Of a stretch of DNA of 64,000 bases, positions 40,087-53,845 are shown one piece after another. The position numbers and the translations under genes were made by a program. Positions within the stretch are counted from its first letter, which is position 1. Every line of letters begins with the position of its first letter. Origin of the DNA: the human T2T-CHM13v2.0 reference genome, Homo sapiens; the NCBI RefSeq assembly GCF_009914755.1, contig NC_060933.1; one strand, given 5' to 3'. Under the pieces are notes generated by a model that searched no databases, was not told the DNA's origin, and saw only the letters and a list, made by a program, of their open reading frames with translations.

Positions 40087-42269
40087 GTGGCATACAGTGA
40101 AAGACACATCTTACATGGTAGCAGACAAGACAGAATGAGAGCCAAGCAGAAGGGAAAACCCCTTATCAAACCATCATATCCCATGAAACTTATTGACTAC
40201 TACGATTACTGTATGGGGGGAACTGCCCCCCATGATTCAATTGTCTCCCACTGGGTTCCTCCCACAACATGTGGGAATTATGGGAGCTACAATTAAAAGT
40301 GAGATTTGGGTGGGGACACAGCCAAACCATATCACGCCACCCCTGACCCCTCTAAAATCTCATGTCCTCACATTTAAATCCAGTTATGCCTTCCAACAAT
40401 TCCCCAAAGTCTTAACTCATTTCAGCATTAACTTGGAAGTCCACAGTCCAAAGTCCCATCTAAGGCAAGGCAAGTCCCTTTTGCCTATAAGCCTGTAAAA
40501 TCAAAAGCAAGTTAGTTACTTCCTAGACACAATGGGGTACAGGCATTGGATAAATACACTCATTCCAAATGGGAGAAATTGGCCACAACAAAGAGGCTAA
40601 AGGCCCCATGCATGTTTAACATCCAGCAGGGCAGTCAAATCTTAAAGCTCCAAAATTATCTCCTTTGACTCCATGTGTCACATCCAGGTCTCACTAATGC
40701 AAGGGGTGGGTTCCCATTGCCTTGGGCAGCTCTGCCCCTATGGCTTTACAGGGCACAGCCTCTCCCCCAACTGCTTTCACAGGCTGGTATTGAGTGTCCG
40801 TGGCTTTTCCAGGCACCTGGTACAAGCTTTCAGTCGATCTGCCTTTCTGGGGCCTGGAAGATGGTGGCCCACTTCTCATAGCTCTGCTAGGCAGTGCCCA
40901 AGTGGGGACTCCGTGTGGGGGCTTCAACCCCACATTTCCCTTCTGCACTGCACTAGAAGAGGTTCTGCCTCAGAGACCTACTCCTGCAACAAACTTCTTT
41001 CTGGACATCTAGGCATTTCCATATATCCTCTGAAATCTAGGCAAAGGTCCCCAAACCTCAATTCTTGACTTCTGTGCACCTGTGTGCTCAATATCACATG
41101 GAAGCTGTCAAGGCTTTGGGCTTGCATCCTCTGAAGCCATGGCCTGAACTGTACCTTGGCCCCTCTTAGCCATGGCTAGAGCAGCTGGGACACAGGGCAC
41201 CAAGTCCCCAGGCTGCATACAGCAGATGGAGCCTGGGCCTGGCACTCAAAACTATATTTTCCTCTTAGGCCTCCAGGCCTGTGATTGGAGGGGCTGCTGC
41301 GGAGGTCTCTGACATGTCCTGAAGACATTTTCCCCATTGTCTTCGTGATTAACATTTGGCTCCTCATTACTTATGTAAATTTCTGTAGCCAGCTTGAATT
41401 TTTCATCAGAAAATGGGTTTTTCTTTTCTATTGCATTGTCAGGTTGCAAATTTTGTAAACTTCTAATGCTCTGTTTTCCTTTTAAAACTGAATGTCTTTA
41501 ACAGCATCCAAGTCACTGCTTGAATGCTTTGCTGCTTAGAAATTTTTTCCACCAGATACCCTAAATCATCTCCCTCAAGTTCAAAGTTCCACAGATCCCT
41601 AGGGCAGGGGCAAAATGCTGCCAGTCTCTTTGCTAAAACATAGCAAGAGTCACCTTTATTCCAGTTCCCAAACAAGTTCCTCATCTCCACCTGAGACCAT
41701 CCCAACCTGGATTTCATTGTCCATATCAATATCAGCATTTTCGTCCAAATCATTCAACAAGTCTCTAGAAAGTTCCAAATGTTCCCATATTTTTCTGTCT
41801 TCTTCTTAGGCGCCCAAACTGTTTCAACCTCTGTCTGTTACCCAGTACCAAAGTCCCTTCTACATTTTTGGTATCTTTTCAGCAGCACCCTATTCTCTGT
41901 ACCAATTTACTGCATTAGTCCATTTTCACACTGCTGATAATAACATGCCCAAGACTGGGCCATTTATAAAGAAAAAGAGGTTTAATGACTCACAGTTCTT
42001 CATGGCTAAGGAGGCCTCACAATCATGGTGGAAGGTGAAAGGCACATCTTACATGACAACAGGAAAGACAGAATGAGAGCCAAGAGAAAAGAGAAACCCC
42101 TTATAAAACCATCAGATCCAGTGAGATTTATTCACTACTATAAGAATAGCATAGAGGAAACTGCCCCCATGATTCAATTATCTCCCACCAGGTCCCTCCC
42201 ACAACACATGGGAATTATGGAGGTACAATTCAAGATGAGATTTCTTGGGGACACAGCCAAACCATATCA
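40087..42269 (-). mobile_element. THE1B (MaLR) provirus: 5' LTR 41911-42269, ~1.58-kb internal 40334-41910, truncated 3' LTR 40087-40333
   Basis: Both LTRs end ggacacagccaaaccatatca (reverse complement of the THE1 start tgatatggtttggctgtgtcc); internal length and motifs fit THE1-int. Confidence 0.92.
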
Positions 42270-43335
42270 GGGACCCTGGGTAAGGAGCATACTCCAAACT
42301 CTTGGTATTATGCTCCCAATAGACATAATAATCATTTCCCTGGTGTGCTGTCTTCTCTCAAATGTTTTAAATGTTTGAATGCAGCCTTCTCTAGAATGTC
42401 AAATGGTCTCTCTTCTACTGGAATGACGAGAGCTGAGAAAAATGTGCAACCATGGGGACTCCATAAACTATGAATGATATGCTAAGATGGAAACCCAAAA
42501 TGATGGTAACTGAGAGTGGAGCTAAGGCCCAAAGTTTTGTTCACACACTTTCACTTAAATTTAAAAGGCGGAATTTTTAAACAAAATTATGGAGGCCATC
42601 ATTTTGGACTGAGCTCATGCATTAGGCCCCAACAGACCAAACCAAACAAAAATGGAGTCACTTTTGCTAAATATGATGTCATCAAACTAAGATTTTCAGG
42701 AAACATATAAATCCTAGAACAAACCAGGTTTTGTTTTTCTCCTGCAAGTAGGACGTTCCCGCATAAGGAGGTACCCCCTACTCAGTCCTCATTCCTACCT
42801 TTGCAAAACCCACTGGTCGACTGTTTCCCAGTGGGCTTCAAGACCAATAGTGATACTGACATCAATAACTAAAGTTTTGGTCAATCTCTCAAAATTGAGA
42901 AAATGACCAAAAGCTGGGAATTATTAAATCAAGTTTAGCCTAAAGCTGCCTCCTACATATTTAAGTTTGGCCTAAAGGATGTTTCTGTACATCGTGAACT
43001 ATAACAAGTAGAGGGGTAAACCGACCATAGCCCACACCTGTGTCAATCACTGAGTTTTGGCCAATCAAATGTAGCCTACTGTTTGAAGCCTGTTCATATA
43101 CCACAAATGCTGAGTTGGAACCAATCAAGTTGTTTTTGTACCTCACTTCCTTTTTCTGTACATCATTTTCCTTTTACTGTCCATAAATTTTCTTCTACCA
43201 CGTGGTTGTCTGATTCAGCAGATTCACAGTCTCTGTGAATCTGCTGTGATTCTGGGGGCTGCCCAATTTGTGAATCATTCATTGTTTAACTAAACTCCTT
43301 TAAATTTAATTTGGCTGATGTTTTTTCTTTTAACA
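42270..43335 (+). mobile_element. MER57-type ERV1: 3' internal remnant 42270-42921 plus LTR 42922-43335
   Basis: Purine tract then tattaaatcaagtttagcctaaagctgcctcc...CCAAT boxes...ttttaaca terminus. Confidence 0.8.
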
Positions 43336-43731
43336 TATAGGATCCCAACAATATGGGTCTGTGTGGGGCCTCTTTCATGTTTTATTCATTTATTTTCCTT
43401 TATCCACATCTTTCACTCCTTTCTATATCCCTACAGACAATGGCTGAGGTATGTGGATATGAGTCCTTGAATTAGGATGCATTCTTGTAAGTATATAGTG
43501 AGGCTTTGAGGATGTATAGCTTAATTTACATACACACTTTTGTTTTACATAATTTACTCGGTGTTATGCTTTTAAAATCTCTCCGTGTTGTTGTGTTTCT
43601 ATCTAGTTTGTTTAACTGCTTTCAATATTGAAAATATGACCACTTATCTTACTATTGTTGCTGTTTGCACAAATGCTTCTATGGTAAACCTCTTACATAT
43701 TCATTTATGTAACTTTGCAAAAAAAACATGG

Positions 43732-43787
43732 GAGAGAAGGAGAAAGAAGAAAGAGAGAGAGAGAGAGGGGGAGAGAGAAAGAGAGAT
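43732..43787. repeat. GA-rich purine tract
   Basis: Direct inspection. Confidence 0.9.
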
Positions 43788-46700
43788 GAACCAGGAGTGA
43801 ATTGCTTACTCCTACATATTTATTGATTTTGAATAAGTTAAATCTCTTCTCTCCTCCAGCTGGCTTTGTTCTGGTAATTAGGACTTAAGAGTTAATTGTG
43901 TTTGAATAATAAAGGCCAGATCCCAAAGACCTGCTGTTGGAAATTTAACGTTTGTTTAAAGATCTTTAACTAAGGTTGCCGAAAAGGATGTTCCCTGTTG
44001 TCATTACTACAAATGTTTGGGAATTGTTTTTGGCTTTTCAGTATATCATGCTCCTAGAAAAACAATGTAATTTGGCTTTGACTTGGACTGAAACTGTATC
44101 TGCAGCTTCCTAGGTGTGGGACATTTTGCTATGTATTGAACTGTCCCAGAAGCTTCCGTTTTATCACTTGTAGCACGATAACAAATATCTACTTTATATA
44201 ATTATTGTCATGGTTTGTAGGAGTGATACACATAAAATGCCTACAACAGAATTATTCTAAATGCAAATTCCACTTTCACACACCTCTTTTTATCTTCTGT
44301 AGGGTGATGGCTCTTGATATTTTGAGGGTATTAACTACTTTGAAATCAAATGAAAGCAATCTGCCTGTTATATTAAAAAAAGGCTCATATACATTAAATT
44401 CAAGATTTTACATAAAATATCAGGTTAATCATGAATGTCTTGTAGAGACTAAATGTTTAAAAATATATATATATTTTCAAGGTTTGATAAGAGCCTCCTG
44501 GCATTTACCTCTTTCCACAGAGGACAGCCCAAAAATATGAATTAGATTCACAATCCCCATGATCGTGATAAAGAAACTGTTTATTGGGAACGGATGCAAC
44601 AAGACCAGGGTTGAGCCAGGCAGTGGCAGAACTCCAGCCTAGCAGAACTCTTTCTGCTCCACTCTGCTGTCAGGAGATAAAGAATAAGAGTTCTCTGCAT
44701 ACCTTGTGCAAATTATAATTTGTTTTGTATAGAATATTCATTAATGGCTTTTGTTTTCTTGTCCTAAGGCACACGTCTCTGTTTACGCCTTTGGCAAATG
44801 AGTTCATTTTTTTGCCATTAATTATTATTTGTACTTGTCAGATTTTTAATTATATAATTAAGTTGCTATTGGTCTTCACTAATAAAAAATATTATCGAAG
44901 TGTTGCAACAGAGCTGTACTAAATAAGGTCTGAGATCACTGAATATAAAGAAAATTTAAAGATTCCAAGATACATGATATGTAACCTGTTTCACTAAAGG
45001 GCAAGCTTAATCACGTCTAAGAAATTCCCATGTATGTTAACATCTACTGAAACACAGACAATATTAGCCCTGTACTATTCATTGTAATGACATTATGCCA
45101 GTGGCCAATGTTTGAAATAGGAAATTTTAGGAAAATAAAATTAGGGGTAAAGAAGCAGACCTTCTTTTTTTTTTTTTTTCCCCAGTTCCTCCCTATGAAA
45201 ACAGCAATATTGACAAACAAATCTAAACCATTTAAAACTATGGAAGTTTTCCTTGAAATAACTGGAGAAACTGAGATAGTTTATGCTATCTTTGCACAAG
45301 GTCACATACTAATTGGGTTATCTCTATACTTTTCTCATCCCAGTTTACTTCACTGTTTTGTTTTGTTGTTTGTCTTTTTTTTCTTTCTTTCTTATTTTAG
45401 TGTATTTTTCTCCCTACACTTTGTGTATGCCATTATTTAGGCCCACTGGTAGCTTTTACAGTTTAAGATATCCATGTATCTAGGATATGGAGGTTTGGGA
45501 AATGTAGATTAAAACAATTACAGAAAATTCTATAGGCTATAAACTTTTCTTCATTGAAGCAGAATTTCTTTAAAATGAATATTGATTTAAATAATCCAAA
45601 TTCCCAAATTAGAAAAAAAATTCTGAAATTATATTAACATCATCAGCCAGAACACATGTTCATAGATAAGATACTATGTAAATGGAACAGTGTATAACTA
45701 TTTTATTATAAGTTATTTTTATCTTCAAGGTAAATGTTTCAGTTTTTTTCTTTTTGGGAAATTATATAGAGTCTTATCTTTTTCCCCACTATTATAAAAT
45801 AAGGCTTTAAAAAATGCTTTTATATTTCTTCTAGTACATGAGCGATAGTGTATTTTTTGGCCTTTCATGTGAATAAGTCTGACACGGACAAGTACTGGAA
45901 CAAAGCATTCCCAGTTCTCTCCGTGAAAAATCTGCTGACACCTGAACTGGCTTCAATTGGAATTTGTTCTTGGCTGATCTTTACATGACCTTTGAAATCC
46001 TGGCATCCGACCTGCCTCGGGCTTGGGCTCCATGGCTCTAAGCCTGGCTGCTTCAGGGACTCTGTCCTCCCAATCTAGTATTTGCTGGACCTCTCTGCCT
46101 GTCTTAACCCTCTGAAGCCAAGATATAAGAAGCTAGTATTTCTTTGAACCTCTTTGTTAGTCTTAATCCTCTGAAGGCCAAAATATGTGAAGCAAAAAAA
46201 AAAAAAAAAAAACACCTCTTTCTAGTGGCTGTCTGTCCCAATATATGTACCAGTGCTGAAAGATGTGCTCATTGATGGGGAACAATGGGATAAATGGAAA
46301 ATGTCAGATACTGGAAAACCTTTGGCATTTGTGTACAAAAGGAGCCTCAGCCAGGTGGATTCAATATTTTTCCTAAATAGTTCTTGTAAATGAGAGATGG
46401 TTGAAGTTAGCATACAGGCAGATTAAAATGTCCAAGATCATCAGTCCAAAACTAATATTTTTAATAATACATTCTTTCACACTCAGATGTACTTCTTGGT
46501 TCTGGCTTATGCTACTGGCAGATGTGCTAACATCCTCCCGGGGAAGAATATGGAGTCCTCTCAGGGCTTCCACCCAACTGGAAAAGGGAAGTTTCAGCCA
46601 TCTCTTAATAAAGAATGAGCTCCAGAGATCTGCAACTCAATTGCAGACCTAATGAGTTTGAAGATTATTGGATTAAACACTAAAACTTTGGTAGCAACTT

Positions 46701-49223
46701 AGCCAAATTCTGCCTAATCTCTATGTCCTCTGTGGTTTGATCTTCACAGATGCAAACTCCTTACAGCTATTGCTAACCAAAATTATTAATGCCATACAAA
46801 GTCAATTGAAAACATGTCGGGTGACAATCTTTGTTGTGTATCTTTAATTTACAGAGAGAAATTCTCTGGGCAGTTTTCATTAGCTTCTAGCAAGTTTAAT
46901 TGAATGAAAACATTGCTTTCATGATCTTTGATACAATGTGTTGGTGCAAATTAAAGCATAGCAGCTTCTAGTCACAGAATTTTGCTTCTCAAATGCCTCC
47001 AGGGGGTTAGGGTAGACAAAGAAGAGTCCTTAACAGAATTATTATAAGTCTCTAAGGGTAAAAATTGATACTTGTGAATATCAATATTCCAAACAAAAGA
47101 ACAAAAGTTCAGATAAACACATGCATGACCAAACATTCATGAGAAATATATAATGAGTTAAAGACAGGTAGTGCATTTAGGAGTCCTCTGTTACATGAAA
47201 TGGTGACAGATACTTTTACAGAAATAACTTATTTTGATATATCACAGTCTATTCATTTTGTTTATTTGGTATCATAACACATCGAAAGTTTTCTGATCGA
47301 TTTAAATTTGTATAATCACTTACGGCTTATTAACTGAATTTGATCAATAGGAAGCATTCAGCCCTGCTTATTTTGTGTGTGATTATGTTGATTACCTTGA
47401 TGAAGTAATCTGTTGTCTTGAAAAAATAATTAATCTGCTGTAGTTAGGAGAAGGTAAAAGGAGGAAAAAGAACACTAAGATTTAATATATGACCCTAATG
47501 AAAGTATCACAGAAATAGATTTATGCCCAGTATCCATTGAAACTTCTGAGGTGGTCCACGTTGGTAAGCTGACACTTACTAACCAAAATCACAAATTCCT
47601 AAATCAATGTCAATCATTAATCAGGATGTATGCCTACTCTTACAAAGCAGAATAGTTGAACTGGCATTTAAGGACATGCACTTCCCAAAGGGAAGTCATA
47701 CTTTGCTTGATAGATTCTTTAAAAAATAGCAAAGAAAAACCCTAACAGAAGTGTCACAATTATGACAGTGCTTATTATCCATATTCACTACTTAGGGTTA
47801 CAGCTGATAAGCAGAATGAATATTTGAGTGAGCTGCTAATTCCTCCAGGCACTGATAGATTCGGACTTTTTATCCTATGACTAGATTCTAGCGGGTAAGC
47901 CTGTGCCTTCATGTTGTGAAAAGGATTATCACCTAAAAAAATCTCTTTGATGAGTCAGTGGATGCTTTATTGAGACATAACAAATATGTATCATAAATGT
48001 CTCAACTCTTATTGCAGTGGTCATGACAAATGTTTCATATCCATCACAGCATTGTGACCCAGGCATGCAAAATTCTTCATTGGAGTGTATCAGGGGCCAA
48101 TAGCAAACTAACAGGATGCATGCAAGCGGAAAAAAGTTTTGGTCCTGCCCTATGTCGTGAGTTCTAGAAATCACTTTGGTCTTATTAGGAAAGCAGCCAA
48201 ACAATCTCTTAGGAAAGGATCTCCTTGAAAACTACTAGCTTCTTTCAATGATTTTTGGTACTATCAGAGTCTGATGATACAAATTTCAAGCCTGTCCCTA
48301 AATCTAGCATATATGCTCGCTTAAATACTGTAGTTCCATATTCAACATTAAGATCTTCAACCAGACAATGGTCATTTTGGCAGAATCACAAAAAAGATGG
48401 AAAGCATTTAAGTAATGTCTAGAAACTTTTTTTGTATATACTATGCATGCAATTAAAATATTGCTAATAATTCATTTGCTTGAATAGTCATAAATGTTAA
48501 ATATGAGATGTAGCTTTTTTTATTTAACTCCATTCTTTAATTGGAAAAAATGAAATCATTTTCAGCATTAAAAATCTTTAATAATGGTATAAATGAAAGA
48601 TCATGCCAGTGGTTGTAAAGAATTAATTCTAATTTCTAGAATAAATCAGCAAAACACATTTTTGCTATTTAGAAAATGTTTCCTAAAAGAAAAAAAAAGA
48701 GCATTTGTATGCAAGCACATGCATTCCCTTCTTATGCAAATCTCAAAAATGCTTTAATTTTCCTGAACACTCAATTGACATTATACATTGCAGCAAAAGA
48801 CTCATACAGCATCACGTTTATATGAAAGTAAAGATATCTGACTGGCAGTACACACATGAAAGCCAAATAAAGAAATTATAATAAGCAACTTAGTAAACAT
48901 TTAAGTAAATTGTGTGTCACAACAGTGGTGGTATAATCGGATGATTTTTAGTATATGCAGTTGAAACAAAAGACAAGGAGAAATATTCTTGCAACCTCTG
49001 ACCCTGAGTTTATTTTTCTCACTGTCCCCTAGTCTTCGCAAAATAGAAAGGAATGTTTCCCTCATCTGCTCTTTTTCAATGTATGCCCAAAGGAAGAGAA
49101 TAAAATTGCCATCTCTCTCAATGCTTCTGCTTCTGACACCTCCTCACAGAACACGTCTCAGATATCTACAGATTTCAGTGAGCAATGAATGGGAGGGGCT
49201 GGTGTGGAGGAGCTTCAGGCATT

Positions 49224-49545
49224 CTATAGAATTCTATATTTATATATCTATATATAGATTTATAAATCTATATATATAGGTTTATATATCTATATATAGA
49301 TTTATATATGTATATATACTATATATTTATACATCCATATATCTATATATACCATATATAATTATATAGCTATATATACTACAGATATAGATTTATGTAT
49401 CTATATATACTATAGATATTAACATATATTCATAAGAATGATAGTTGACATGTATGTCTATATATAAACACATATTAATGACATATATGTGTGTAGATAT
49501 GTATCTATATATACAGATGTATAGATATAGGTAGAAAGATAGATT
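49224..49545. repeat. (TA)n/TAGA-rich low-complexity tract
   Basis: Direct inspection. Confidence 0.9.
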
Positions 49546-50340
49546 CAAGCAGTTCATATATCAATGGGCATATTTTAAATCTTTAAATCTCACTACACTG
49601 CATGTATTCTTTGGTAATTCACTTTTTCTCTCAATGTTATAATTTAATAATTGTTTTTCATGTTAACAAACATTTACGTTAATTTTAATTTGTTGCTATG
49701 AAGACACTGCTATTATAAATATTCTATATAATTTTTTAAATTTGTATTTGTTGATACATAATAAATATTTATGGGGTACATGTGATATTTTGTCTCTTCT
49801 CATGCCTCAAATTTCCTATAGTGTATATACAATAGGAATGAAATGCTGAGTCTTAGAATATCTACTTATTTTACTTTCCTATATATTAACAAATTATTTT
49901 TTAATGTGGTAGTATAATTTTCACTTCTAACAGCTATATTTAAGACTTCACACCACATCTTCACCAAAAACCAATACATGGCATTTTCAGAGTTTAATAT
50001 TTTTGTAAATATTATTGTGTGAAATGATTTTCATTGTGTGCTTTTAAATATTTTTATTCTAGTCTAATTTTAGCATTTTGAATTATCTTTACTGACTATT
50101 CAAATTTACTCTTATCTGAATGTCATTTGCTTGTTTTTCCATTGCGTTGTCTTGCTCTCGATTTTGTAGACTCTTCTATATAGTAATCATTTGTTGTTTA
50201 CATGTGTTTTAAATATTTTAGACAATAATGTGTGTTCATTTTTATTGGTGTGATATATGTAGCATTTATATTTTAATATAATCATAATTATCAGTTTCTT
50301 TATAACTTAGATTTATGTTATTTTGTCTAATAAATGTTTA
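49545..50340 (-). mobile_element. Old L1ME 3' fragments with a small L1MA 3' piece (~49733-49792)
   Basis: aggaatgaaatgctgagtc, aattttcacttctaacagc, atatttatggggtacatgtgatatttt. Confidence 0.6.
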
Positions 50341-51988
50341 GCTCATGCTAAACTGAAATAATACAAAAACAAAATCATGCATACGTCATGTTACTTACCT
50401 TCAAAATATGCATGAAAAATTATAGTAAAATATCTAAACAAAAAGTACAAAGTTATAAAGATTAGCTGTGGTTTCTACTGTGTGACAGTGTTTTAGGCAA
50501 TTTTTTCATCCTTTGTTACTTGCTCTTAATAATAATTCTATTATTTTATAACTACTTTGCCAACTGTGGTATAAGAATAAGAAGGTAAGAAACTGAGTCA
50601 ATTTACAGGCACAAACAGACCTGCACACACAAAAAGACTAAAGACAGCAATCTAATTGTCAAAACGGAAAACTCTGGGAAAAAAATACAATCTATGGAGT
50701 ATGACTTCTTTTTCACTTGGAATCCCATGGGGATCATACTTATTGAAAATCCTTTGTTGATTAACATGGCAATCTCTTTTGAATCAGTATGCAAAACACA
50801 CCACACAGCCTTCATCCGGAATCTTCAAGTGTTTTGATAAATAACGTCCTTTGATTGTGTTTTGAAAAGGGGGGCTAACTAGGGAATGAGAGCAGAATGG
50901 TGACTAAACTGGAAAGAACCGTACAATTATCAAACAGCAGGCAGCCTCCATATAAACGATGTGCGTTTCTCCACCACTCAGGCTTTGACAGCTGGTATCT
51001 ACTTCACTCTAGCAAGCTGAGGTCTCTCCTCCTGATTAGGTCAGCTCCCTTGATGATCATAATTCTTAGTGTCACAACAACACAGAAACAACAATAAAGC
51101 AATGATAACAACAAAGTATTCTGAGCATTGACATACCTTTCATCTCTGCAAGTTGTAAGGTTTTGTAAATTGTCTCTACTTTGTAGATGTGCAAAGGCAG
51201 ACTACTAGGTTTCTTTTCAAACTGGGGCTTTTATCTAACAGATGATGCCATCAGACAGTGGTGGGATTTCCTTCACCCCTTTCCTAGTAGAACACTTTTA
51301 TCACCATTCTACAACTGATCAAGTTGAACTGTTAATGCCAGACTGATTAGATAGGACATAGCTGCTTTTTAAGAATGCTCTGTTGATGCAAGGTTAAGTG
51401 GTGGGTGGAAATTCTCTAGTGAATCTGGACAGGTAAGCAGTAATCCCAGACTCAAAGCCTCTTCGCTTCCTGAAACAACTCTGAATTAATTTCAGTTACT
51501 CAGTTTTGAATAAAATATGGTGTGTAAATTTTATGAAGCCACACAGTCAGCTCTTTTCCTGCAAGCCCTAAAATTCCAGCTGCCTTTCCTCTTCACTTTG
51601 TTGTTCTCACCGCCCTCATATCCCTTGTGAGTTATTCTTCATGTTTAGCTGTATATAGAGACAGTGTTTCTCGTCCCTCCCTTGATGGCCATGGAACCAA
51701 ACACTCAGGATTTTTTTTTATGGGGAAACAGACAGATATATAAGGAATTACAAACTTGGGGATGTTAAAAATTGTTCAGATATGCTCCTTGGTTAATAAT
51801 CCCTGACTCCCTTCTGGGATGATAACTAGGCACCATACTGTTTTTATGGCTCCAAGAAGACCAATTCTTCCCTAGTGTAGGCTGAAGAAGCAATCCAAGG
51901 GAAAAAAAGAAATATCTATTCTTCTCGTTTGTGCAGTTTACAGGCCTGGGGACTTATACTCGATGGTACTCATTTTCTTAAGCTTCTA

Positions 51989-51994
<6 letters not shown>

Positions 51995-52029
<35 letters not shown>
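51995..52029. repeat. (CA)n microsatellite
   Basis: Direct inspection; a second interrupted (CA)n lies at ~52191-52230. Confidence 0.95.
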
Positions 52030-52031
<2 letters not shown>

Positions 52032-53682
52032 TCCAGGGAAAAACATATTCTCTGTGTCTCTGTTGCCTAAATGTTTTATTTGGGGTAAAATATATTATTG
52101 GTATCTTGGAAAATTTTTCATTGTGTTTATTTAATACAAAATAGAATTTGCAAACAACAAAAGTAGGTGCCTTCTTAAACTATGCTTCAAACACATACAC
52201 ACACACACACACAAACACACACACATATACAATTCTGTATAAATGTAGAGCTAACAATAGTGCACTAAAAAGGCAAGAGAAACCTAGAGCTGTGGTATCA
52301 TAAAGATTATTATAGCTATCATATAGCTCACAATTTTTATAGAACATGTTTTAATTATTTAAGGTATATAGAAATAGAGCTTCTGCACCTTATTAATCTG
52401 AACTGAAATACTTCATTCTATTTTTAGCTTATCATGTGAAATTTACTACTCATTGTCTCTGGTAAGCGCTGATATTATTTATGTTAATATTAAAATTGAG
52501 TGTCATTTTCAATTGAACCACTGATTATAAATTGAAAACTAATTCAGTGACATGCAAATAACAATTTATTCATCCTAGTAACCCATGTTAGCATTTCGTT
52601 ACTCATGAATATTATTTATTTGGGTTGAATGATTTGTGTTCGAAAGTAAAATTGAGTTAGCAAAAAATGCTATATGCGTATTTTAATATTAATTTTTCTT
52701 GGATTCAGGGTATATTAACCTAAATTGTGTGCTAGAGAAATTGTAGTTTAAATCGCAGGTGAGAAAAAAACAAGACCCCCAAAGTCCTATGGTTTTGTAC
52801 AAACCTATAACCAGAACCCTGGTACCAGGATTTCTAGTCACCAGAAGAATATGTCTAGGAATTGAGGGTTACAGCTGTTCTGTTATTAATACACTGGTGG
52901 GGTCATAGAAATTCTTTTTTCTATTGCCTTCATATCAGAATTACAAACTATGGATCCAGCTACAAACTTTCTGTGGTAGTTCTGGTCCTAATATTATGTA
53001 ATTGCATCCATGCCAATTAAAGTAAAGAGCACTTCTAGCCCAAAAGGACTACTTCTGCAATTCGAGTAAGCTACTGTACTTCTAAGAAAGAAAGAATAGC
53101 GACTATATGAGCACTCAGATTAAAAATATTATTCTAATGTATGCATTGCTCTGCATATGGCACAAATTTCAGAGACAGAAATATAGTTCCTTTAATTGCC
53201 TTTCCCTCCAGAGGTGAGGAGTAAGCAGTCTTCTGTGGAATATTAAAAATGTCATATTGATTTTTGCTAAGTAATTTGATTGTTTAGACACTTTAATCAA
53301 TGCAGTTTTCAGAGTGCATTGAATAACTGGTGATCACTGGTATGGTAAGTATATTCAGTCAATGATCAAGACATGCAGCAAGATGGTGGGCAGAAAAAGT
53401 GTCAAGAAATCTGAAAGCAGTTGGTATCCCTAGAATATTGTATTGCCGTTGAACCAATAAATGAAATGATTAAGGTGAAAAGAGCATATAGGAGGAATGT
53501 GCAGGCATTTCTAGCTGAGGGAATTCAGATTCACATGTTAATACTTCAAAGATTTGCAGGAAAGGCATTCAAATTAAATCCAGGCAGAAACTAGCTTATT
53601 CTTGTAGTTGACACTTAGAATAATTGTATCAAACACATACTTTGTGATGGCCAAAATGAGATCGAGTATTCAGTGACTAGAT

Positions 53683-53845
53683 CCTTGCTATTCCAACTAT
53701 GGTCCGCTGAGGAGCAACATTGGCATCACCTGATAATGTGTTAGAAGTGCACAATCTCCAGCCCCACCCTTTAACTACTAAATTACAATCTTCTTAACAA
53801 GATGGATACAGATATTTATACACTTTGAAGTTGGTGAGACATTTG
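53683..53845. mobile_element. MER5A-like hAT MITE
   Basis: ccttgctattcc...ggcatcacctg...gttagaagtgcacaatctccagccccacc...taacaagat. Confidence 0.75.

Noticed and set aside
40087-42378. Dense cluster of overlapping ORFs
   Set aside because: GC-richer THE1B sequence; no continuous frame
50393-50460. Minus-strand 35-nt micro-exon candidate (also 24 nt at 30493-30516)
   Set aside because: AT-rich or old-repeat context where such motifs arise frequently; no supporting evidence
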